Source: an uncultured Novosphingobium sp. (GTDB taxonomy: Bacteria > Pseudomonadota > Alphaproteobacteria > Sphingomonadales > Sphingomonadaceae). From it: 63,153 bases of DNA. The DNA lies in NCBI GenBank assembly GCA_964582485.1, contig CAZOSI010000002.1, positions 1 through 63,153 on the forward strand, written 5' to 3'. The position numbers were made by a program, and so were the translations under genes. How positions within the stretch are numbered: the first letter of the stretch is position 1; each line of letters opens with the position of its first letter. The notes below the pieces were generated by a model, which ran no database searches, was not told where the DNA came from, and saw only the letters and a list, made by a program, of their open reading frames with translations. Below, in pieces: positions 56,373 through 63,153 of the stretch.

Positions 56373-58210
56373 CTCAATAGCGATAAACTGTTCTTTGCCT
56401 TGGTTGACTGGACCCAGGTTTCCCAACTGAAGAATTCCAGCGGAATTCCCGGACCAATCGCACGCGGTGCCAAGTCTCGCAGTAGCTCTTCTAGCGGTGC
56501 CCGGGCCAATACCCCGCAGCGAACCAATTCACCGTCAAGCAAAACCTCGCGCAGGAACGGCAGATTTCGCGCCAGGACGCCTTCATAGAGATCGTCGGGC
56601 GTGCTTTTGCTGGTGCGATGCAGCACCTCCGGCGCCAGCATGTTTCGGAAAGCATGCCGCGCCAGAGCGCGATCAACCCCGCTGCGGGTGAAGTTCCAGG
56701 TGGGGATCCGCAGACACAGTTCGATAACCGGCTGAGACAGGAGCGGGCAAATCCGCTCAATGCGGTATTGCGGACGCCAATGGTCGTAATAGGGGATCGA
56801 GAGAAACGCCGAAGACAGGATGTGAGCGCACTTGCCGGGAGGGACATCGCGGTCCGGCAACAGCAAGGGGTGCAATTGGTCCAGCCTTGGACCACGATCA
56901 AGCAGCGCCTCGCCAAGGTATGGCCAGCGGTTCGATGGCGCCACCAGTTTGGTAACAAGATCAAAGGGGTCGCTGGGACGCAGCCTTTCCCGGATCATGG
57001 CGCCGATGGTTTTCCAGACCGTCGTGCGGCCATAGCGCGCTGCGTCAAATATTACCCTGGGCAAGTTCGAGGTGCCAATCCCGGTCCGCGCATAGTCAAG
57101 CGCCGACAGGATGTGCGGTAGCTGAAAGAAGATGTTGTCGCCCCCGACTCCGTAAAACAGCGAGTCGGCCCCCAATTCATCCGCCAGTTCATATACCCCG
57201 CCCGCCGGAGACGTGCAGTCGAACATGGGCATCGGGTTAACCTGCGGAACGATCCCGACCATCTTCGACAAGTCGACTCGTGCTGGATCAAGCGGACGGT
57301 GCGTGAAGTCCACTCCGGCAAAATCGGCCGCCGCCTGGCCATAACGGCGCTCATCACCCTTGGGGGTCGTTGTCGAAAAGTTGACCGCATGAAGCCGCTG
57401 CCCGCAAGCGCTTCGGGCAAGGCAGGCCAGGATGATCGACGAATCAAGCCCGCCGACACTGACCAGAGGGCTGCGTTGTGGGTTTGCCAGACAGTGGGTT
57501 GCCTTGAGAACGGTCTCCCGCAAAAGATCGCTGGCGCGACCGGGGTCGAGCAGGTGCTCATCTTCGGCAAGTTCATAGGGGTTCCAGCCGAGCTCACTCG
57601 CCGCGCCATCTCGACTGACGGTCAGTATCTGTCCTGGCAGAACCTCGGAAACGCCTTGCAAGCCGGTGATCGATTTCTGGAACTGTGGGGCGAGCGCGTT
57701 GAGGGCAAGATAGTCGAGATTGACCTCGGCAGAGAATTGCGACCAACCCAACAGAAGGCCAAGATCCGAAAAAAGGATCCGTGCACCGCCGATTGACGTC
57801 TGGAAACAAGGCAATGCCCCGGTAGGATCGCGCACAGCATGAACCGATCGGCCGTCTGATCCCGCAACGAAGGCCAGGTATCGCCCCCAGTATCGCGAGA
57901 ACAGTGAATGACCGCGCGACGTTCGCAGGGCATTCGCCTCCGCAGGTCCCAACGCGCCGATTTGTGCAGAATGTTCCGGATCCCCGCTTCGAAAGACCTG
58001 GCCGAGCAAGAAGCCAGATCCGGCGGGAAGATCCACCCGGCGAAGGGCTGAACCCCCACTCGCCTTCGTCCAAATGCTCAAACCCAGAGCGCCATCCGCG
58101 GTCAACAGTCCGGAAGTCTCAAACCCTGCTAAATGAGCGGCCAACGAACGGTTCGCGGCCTGACCGTTCGGGTCCTGAGGATCGGCCAGGATGGCGACAA
58201 AATCGAACAT
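56369..58210 (-). CDS. Lasso peptide cyclase (C; asparagine synthetase-like)
   Basis: WGRYLA, RDPTGALPCF, GGLDSS, GVGGDNIF, PLLSQPVIELCLRIP, DRALARHAF...RTSK; lacks the N-terminal catalytic Cys of AsnB; coupled to B by TGATG. Confidence 0.92.
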   Translation of the reverse strand: MFDFVAILADPQDPNGQAANRSLAAHLAGFETSGLLTADGALGLSIWTKASGGSALRRVDLPAGSGFLLGQVFRSGDPEHSAQIGALGPAEANALRTSRGHSLFSRYWGRYLAFVAGSDGRSVHAVRDPTGALPCFQTSIGGARILFSDLGLLLGWSQFSAEVNLDYLALNALAPQFQKSITGLQGVSEVLPGQILTVSRDGAASELGWNPYELAEDEHLLDPGRASDLLRETVLKATHCLANPQRSPLVSVGGLDSSIILACLARSACGQRLHAVNFSTTTPKGDERRYGQAAADFAGVDFTHRPLDPARVDLSKMVGIVPQVNPMPMFDCTSPAGGVYELADELGADSLFYGVGGDNIFFQLPHILSALDYARTGIGTSNLPRVIFDAARYGRTTVWKTIGAMIRERLRPSDPFDLVTKLVAPSNRWPYLGEALLDRGPRLDQLHPLLLPDRDVPPGKCAHILSSAFLSIPYYDHWRPQYRIERICPLLSQPVIELCLRIPTWNFTRSGVDRALARHAFRNMLAPEVLHRTSKSTPDDLYEGVLARNLPFLREVLLDGELVRCGVLARAPLEELLRDLAPRAIGPGIPLEFFSWETWVQSTKAKNSLSLLS

Positions 58211-58968
58211 CAGCAGCGCATGATCACAGCATAGTCACAGACGTTTTCCAGATCGTCGTCGAGCACCATCGAATCCAGCTGGACCCAGCAATGTGCAGCA
58301 AACGCGTTGTGACGCACACCGAATATCCAATTGGGATAAATCGAAAAACCAGCCAGAAACTCAACCAGAGTCAGAGCATCAAGGAGGCACTTGTCGCGTC
58401 GGGACATGAATAGCGGTCGCAGTTTCCGGTAAATTTCAACCAGGGCGCGAAGCTGCTCTCGTTCAGGCGCGACCGGTTGAGCAGGTCGGCGGCGCCTGAC
58501 CGAATCGACGGCCCGAAACAGCGACCATACACCAAGTTTCCAACGGGCGATCAGGACTGCCCTGACCATGGCAACCAGATGGCCCAATTTAACGTTCGGA
58601 CCGCCCACGCCGAACCGGCGCATTTCCTCGATATCCGCGGGATGGGTGAGCATTTTGAACGGTTGCATGGCCTCGCCGATGCGTACCAACCCTGCTTCGG
58701 CAAGGTCGCGCAGCAAGGCTGTGACTGCGGCCGCATCGACATCGTCAGCGCCTTTCGTTGACATATCAGAAGGCGGCAGCCCCAAGCTTTCGAGAAGATG
58801 GCGGGTGAATTTTGGTTCGATCGAGATGTAATCGTCCTGATCAAGGTTAAGAAATATCAACGTATCCCCGCATTGGGCAAGAAATACATCCTGACCAAGT
58901 TCGAGTTTCGGCAGTATTTTCTCTATAGGCTCAAAACCTTCAATCAGTGAATTTGTCCGGGCGACCAA
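58210..58968 (-). CDS. Lasso peptide B protein (fused RRE plus leader peptidase)
   Basis: RRE-like IFLNLDQDDYISI; transglutaminase-like DKCLLDAL..WIFGVR..FAAHCWVQ..VLDD (Cys/His/Asp). Probable TTG start at 58968 behind GGAGG (the track gives 58980). Confidence 0.92.
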   Translation of the reverse strand: MVARTNSLIEGFEPIEKILPKLELGQDVFLAQCGDTLIFLNLDQDDYISIEPKFTRHLLESLGLPPSDMSTKGADDVDAAAVTALLRDLAEAGLVRIGEAMQPFKMLTHPADIEEMRRFGVGGPNVKLGHLVAMVRAVLIARWKLGVWSLFRAVDSVRRRRPAQPVAPEREQLRALVEIYRKLRPLFMSRRDKCLLDALTLVEFLAGFSIYPNWIFGVRHNAFAAHCWVQLDSMVLDDDLENVCDYAVIMRC

Positions 58969-59107
58969 ATAGACCTCCAAATCGATGTCTGGATTGGTTC
59001 AATTTGATATGCCGTGTTAATCAGCATGGCAAGCTATTGCCAGGGGAAATCGCCATACTATCTGGCGGCCCGCCGCTATTTGGGAACAGCTGGTCTGAAC
59101 CCGGCTT

Positions 59108-60331
59108 TCAGTTCGGAGCGAACCCCGACTCCAGAAACCGCACCGCGCAGCCGGCCAGTAACGCGGCGCCTTTGGGCAGGGCCGATTCGTCGACTGTCAT
59201 ACGGGGTGAGTGGATTGCCGGGCAGCTGTGCCAGTCGGCGCCTTCGTCGGCGACGCCCAGGAAGAACATCGCACCGGGGATCTGCTGCAGGACATAGGCG
59301 AAATCCTCGGCGCCCATGATCGGCTGGTCGAGGTGCCGGAACGCGCCTTCGCCGAACAGCTCGGCGCTGACGGCTTCGCCAAGTGCAACCGCGCGCGGGT
59401 CGCAGACCGAAACCGGGAAGCCCGGGGTGATCGTGACATTCGCTTCGGCCCCGTGGGCAGCGGCGATGCACTTGGCGAGCTGTTCCAGCGCGGCGTGGAG
59501 CTTGTCACGGTGACGGTTGGACAGCGCGCGCAGCGTGCCGCGCAGCGTTGCGAAATCGGCGATGATGTTGTGCGCGGTCCCGGCCTCGATCCGCGCCACG
59601 GTGCAGATCACTGGATCGTTGGCGTCGAACTGGCGCGTGACCAGCGTTTGCAGAGCCATGACGATCTCGCAAGCGATCGGCACCGGATCAAGCGCGCTGT
59701 AAGGCATCGCGGCATGCCCGCCGCGCCCCCTGACGGTGATGTCGAACTGATCGGCTGAGGCCATAAGCGCACCCGATCGCCCGGCGACCTGGCCGTGCTT
59801 TGCATTGGGCATTACATGGAGGGCAAAGGCTGCCTCGGGCAAGGCTCGGCCAGTGCCTTCGCCGCCCAGCAGGCCGTCCTCCAGCATGAATTTCGCGCCG
59901 TGGAAGCCTTCCTCGCCCGGCTGGAACATGAACCGAACTTCGCCCTTTAGCGAATCGCGCCGCGCGCAGAGCAGTCGCACCGCCCCGGCCAGCATCGCGG
60001 TGTGGGTATCGTGGCCGCATGCGTGCATCGTGCCGGGAATGGTCGAGGCATAGTCCAGCCCGGTCTCTTCAGGCATAGGCAGGGCATCCATGTCGCCGCG
60101 CAGCAGCACGCAGCGGCCTTCCCCGGCCCCGCCCTTCAGCGTTGCAACAAGGCCGGTGGTCGAGGGCCCTTCGCTCCAATCCAGCGGCAGATTGGCCAGC
60201 GCGGCGCGAACCTTGTCGCGGGTCAGCGGAGTGTGAAGGCCCAGCTCTGGCTCGGCATGGATCGCGCGGCGCAGCGAGACGATCTCACCCTCCAGCGCAC
60301 GGGCTTCGGCAAGCAGCTGTTCGTGCAGCAT
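59108..60331 (-). CDS. M20D amidohydrolase
   Basis: HAEPELG, RGDMDALP, MHACGHD, FQPGEEG, GGHAA, AEDF, HSP. Confidence 0.92.
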   Translation of the reverse strand: MLHEQLLAEARALEGEIVSLRRAIHAEPELGLHTPLTRDKVRAALANLPLDWSEGPSTTGLVATLKGGAGEGRCVLLRGDMDALPMPEETGLDYASTIPGTMHACGHDTHTAMLAGAVRLLCARRDSLKGEVRFMFQPGEEGFHGAKFMLEDGLLGGEGTGRALPEAAFALHVMPNAKHGQVAGRSGALMASADQFDITVRGRGGHAAMPYSALDPVPIACEIVMALQTLVTRQFDANDPVICTVARIEAGTAHNIIADFATLRGTLRALSNRHRDKLHAALEQLAKCIAAAHGAEANVTITPGFPVSVCDPRAVALGEAVSAELFGEGAFRHLDQPIMGAEDFAYVLQQIPGAMFFLGVADEGADWHSCPAIHSPRMTVDESALPKGAALLAGCAVRFLESGFAPN

Positions 60332-60337
60332 GGGCGT

Positions 60338-61264
60338 TCAGGCTCCGATCTTGGCGGCGATCCGGCGGGCGGCGGCATTGTGGGCGCGTACCGAATGGAC
60401 CAGCAGGAGGTTGAGGACGACGGACTGATAGAGCATGTACCACAGCGGACTGCCCGCGAACATCGACAGGCCCAGCACGATCGCACGGGGATTGGGTCCC
60501 AGGATCTTGCACAGCAGCAGTAGAACCGGCGCTTCGACCCTGACCGCCGCCGCGATTCCGTCAAGCCGGGCCCGATCGCCCTGCGCCGAAAGGACGGCGG
60601 CATCGATCTTCAAGGCTTCCGGGGTCATGCCGTTGGCCACCCCCAGATAGGCCGAGACCAGCCGACCCGCCCAGCTTTGCGACGTGGCTGACCCTTCCTG
60701 GCTGTGGCTGTTGCGCAGCCACGGCGTACCATAGACCCACCACTGGTACTGGCGGCGCTGCACCTCGACATGGTTGGACTGAACCGCATGGCTGACCCCT
60801 GCGCCCACCACCAGCACCCAGGCCAGCCAGCCGCTGACCAGGCCGGTACCCGCCGCAAGCACGGCGGCCAGGATCAGGTAGAGCGCGATATGGCTGAGGT
60901 AATCGCACAGCCCGTCAACCATTTCTCCGATTGGACTGGAGCGCCCGGTCAGCCGGGCAAGATCGCCATCAGCGCCGTCGACAACGTGCCAGGTCATGTG
61001 CAGCGCCATGCCCAGCGCCGCTGCCACCGGCCAGGTCAGCTGGGTATAGGCCAGCGCCGCCGCGACCACGAAGCCAGCCCCCACCACCGAAACCATGTTG
61101 GGGGTGATCGGCGTGGGCGCAAGCAATCTGGCCAACTGCCAGGCAAGCGGGTGGTAGAGGTAGAAATTGAGCGGATCCTGCAACTCGCGCGGGCGCAGCG
61201 GGCGTTCGATGCGCGGTGGCGGCGAATCGAACCGGGCCGGTCCATCGGCGGTTGATAGGTCCAT
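60338..61264 (-). CDS. CDP-alcohol phosphatidyltransferase family protein
   Basis: ITPNMVS; DGADGDLARLTG..S.IGEMVDGLCD fits DxxDGxxAR..GxxxDxxxD. Confidence 0.9.
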   Translation of the reverse strand: MDLSTADGPARFDSPPPRIERPLRPRELQDPLNFYLYHPLAWQLARLLAPTPITPNMVSVVGAGFVVAAALAYTQLTWPVAAALGMALHMTWHVVDGADGDLARLTGRSSPIGEMVDGLCDYLSHIALYLILAAVLAAGTGLVSGWLAWVLVVGAGVSHAVQSNHVEVQRRQYQWWVYGTPWLRNSHSQEGSATSQSWAGRLVSAYLGVANGMTPEALKIDAAVLSAQGDRARLDGIAAAVRVEAPVLLLLCKILGPNPRAIVLGLSMFAGSPLWYMLYQSVVLNLLLVHSVRAHNAAARRIAAKIGA

Positions 61265-61542
61265 GGTCTTACCTGCGCTCCCGATGGGCAGGGCTACGCG
61301 CCCGGCCGCCTGTTTCAGGGTCTTATAGCTCGCCGAGCGGACGGGGCCAGTCTCTTTGCCGCTTCATTACCGGTGGCGCCTAATTGCGCGCGGTTCGCAG
61401 CCCGCCTGCCACCTCGGACGCTTGGCAAGCAGGCCGTTTAGGGTTCATATGGGGTTCAGGCCGAAGACCTCTTTAGGGGTCCGGCATGCCGGGTCAGTCC
61501 CCGGATCGAAGTTTAACCCGGTTGGTCGCGAACAGGTAGGTT

Positions 61543-62838
61543 ATGGCATTGCACGATCCCCAGTCGGCGCAAGGAAAGCCTGATTCGGCCAAAGTCGCAC
61601 ACGGCTTTCGGGCAGTGATCCTCGCGGCGGAACGTCGGGCCGGATGGCCCGGCAAGCTGGCCGGGATTTCCTTGGCCGAACGACAGAAACGCCAGTTGCT
61701 GCGGCTGGGCGCCAGTAAGGTCGAGCTTGACGAGGACCGGGACCCAATTGCCGGGCCCGTGCTGGTGATTGAGGCCGGGCTGGTCGCCGATGAGCGGCTG
61801 ATTGCCGCATTCCTTGAAGCAGCTGCGCGGCCCGGCAGGGGCGCGGGGCCGCTGGTCGCACTGGGACCGGATGGAGCGGTTGGGGGGCTTGCCTGGCTGC
61901 CGGATGGCGAACGGGATTACGTCTGGTCGGCGATCCTTGCGGAAGCCGACCGGGTCGATCTTGTCGAAGTTGACAGTTATTCTCCCGAACGCCGACGCAA
62001 AGTCGCGCTGATCTGGGAGCGCCCGGCCGATCAGGGCGACGCGCGCCGGGTCGCGGCGCAGTTGCTGGCGGCAGCACAAAAGGGCTGCCTTGATTGGCCG
62101 GCACGGTTCATCCATCCGCCGATCGAAAATGCGTTTGTGCGGCTGCTTTTGCCCAGCCCGATCACGCCAAACATGATCTCGGTCCTTGCTTTCCTGCTCG
62201 GGCTCTACGCTGCCTGGTGCTTTGCGACCGGGTCGCTGTGGACCGGATTGTTGCTGGCGCTGGCGGTTGGCCCAATTGACGGCATTGACGGCAAGCTCGC
62301 CCGCACCCGAGTGGAATTTTCGCCGTGGGGCGACCTGGAACACGTTGCCGACAAGGTGGTTGAATACCTGTGGTTTGCCGGGCTGGCGACGGCGATTGGC
62401 GCGGGCTGGGCCTGGGCATTGGCCGCGCTGATCGTGGTGACGGCTCTGGCTGAAGCACTGCAGGGTGAGTTCTATCGCCGTTTGACCGGTACCCAGCTTG
62501 ACGATGCCGGCCGCTTCGAGCGAGCCTATCGGTTGATTTCCGGACGTCGCAACACCTTCTTCTGGGGCCTCCTGCCCTTCGCCTGGTTCGGGGCCTGGGG
62601 CGCTGGACTGGTGATGATCGCGGTCTACGCCGCGACCACCTTTTTCGTGATGCAGGGACGGTTTTTCATTCGCCTGGCAGAGTACGGCCGCGCTAATTCG
62701 TCGGCGATCGCCGCGAATCTTGATGCGACTGCCTATGGCAAGCCCGATACCGTTGATTCCGCCGATGAACGGGCCGATGCTGGCAGTGAGGCAGAGCTCA
62801 GGTTTCAGCCACCTGCCGGAGCTCTGAGTTCGCGTTGA
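61543..62838 (+). CDS. CDP-alcohol phosphatidyltransferase with a degenerate nucleotidyltransferase-like N-terminal domain
   Basis: RAVILAA..KLAGISLAER N-terminus; ITPNMIS; DGIDGKLAR...WGDLEHVAD. Confidence 0.85.
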   Translation: MALHDPQSAQGKPDSAKVAHGFRAVILAAERRAGWPGKLAGISLAERQKRQLLRLGASKVELDEDRDPIAGPVLVIEAGLVADERLIAAFLEAAARPGRGAGPLVALGPDGAVGGLAWLPDGERDYVWSAILAEADRVDLVEVDSYSPERRRKVALIWERPADQGDARRVAAQLLAAAQKGCLDWPARFIHPPIENAFVRLLLPSPITPNMISVLAFLLGLYAAWCFATGSLWTGLLLALAVGPIDGIDGKLARTRVEFSPWGDLEHVADKVVEYLWFAGLATAIGAGWAWALAALIVVTALAEALQGEFYRRLTGTQLDDAGRFERAYRLISGRRNTFFWGLLPFAWFGAWGAGLVMIAVYAATTFFVMQGRFFIRLAEYGRANSSAIAANLDATAYGKPDTVDSADERADAGSEAELRFQPPAGALSSR

Positions 62839-63029
62839 TTTTAAACGAGTTTTGGAGAATTAGGCCCTGCAGTTCCGCCCGACGTCAGGGTGTCTCAATT
62901 GTCACAAAGCCGGACCGTTGCGCGCATTCGGCTTGACGCGTGGCAATTGGCTTGCTTTTGGCGCGTGATTTTTTCAAAGACGGGCCTTTCGCGGCCCCCA
63001 ACGTGTCGCTCGAGAAGGACAAGATCAGA

Positions 63030-63153
63030 ATGAAGCCTATCAAGGTCGCCATGATTGGCGTCGGCAATTGCGCAAGCTCGCTGGTGCAGGGTGTCGCCTA
63101 CTATCGTCAGAACAACTCCTCGCAGGGCCTGATTCACGACAAGATCGGCGGCT
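63030..63153 (+). CDS. ino1: Myo-inositol-1-phosphate (inositol-3-phosphate) synthase, 5' part
   Basis: Manual translation MKPIKVAMIGVGNCASSLVQGVAYYRQNNSSQGLIHDKIGG (GVGNCASSLVQG signature); GAAGGA RBS; runs off the window end. Confidence 0.85.
   Translation, partial: MKPIKVAMIGVGNCASSLVQGVAYYRQNNSSQGLIHDKIGG

Noticed and set aside
59108-60331. M20 amidohydrolase as a lasso tailoring enzyme
   Set aside because: Host-like GC, only 6 bp from the upstream CDP-alcohol transferase gene, and separated from B by an AT-rich spacer. A link is not excluded but is unsupported.

Overview
GC-rich alphaproteobacterial chromosome segment, most likely Sphingomonadales (Novosphingobium-like; inferred from gene content and order). 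Most of it is housekeeping: sufB/Rrf2, pyrD, ggt, thiS-thiG fusion, ctaA, rplM-rpsI, fumarase, pcm-tolC-popZ, purD/xseA, rpmB, tadA, nadC, two LytS/LytTR pairs, mmcB and tRNA-Arg(CCG). The main discovery is a compact, lower-GC lasso peptide locus right after tRNA-Arg (56.2-59.0 kb). It holds a fused B protein, a cyclase, and a 29-codon precursor missing from the ORF track (56212-56301, minus; MFKLGKISKATK|GWLGRSYDWAFQRGDIP). The precursor lies downstream of B-C, has its own candidate promoter, RBS and terminator, has only a 12-aa leader, and encodes a predicted Gly1-Asp8 ring with an RGD motif in the tail. A second candidate system (34.0-43.0 kb) is a TonB-dependent receptor followed by three TPR-fused modifying enzymes (2OG-Fe(II) oxygenase, sulfotransferase, Asp/Asn beta-hydroxylase) and two small secreted two-Cys proteins. 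Also present are the start of an inositol-phosphate/CDP-alcohol phosphotransferase locus, a candidate sRNA upstream of the suf operon, and several putative operators (Zur-like, CtrA-like, LexA-like, LytTR-like repeats and a shared TGTATT-N8-AATACA palindrome). All calls come from motif recognition by eye; no database searches were run.
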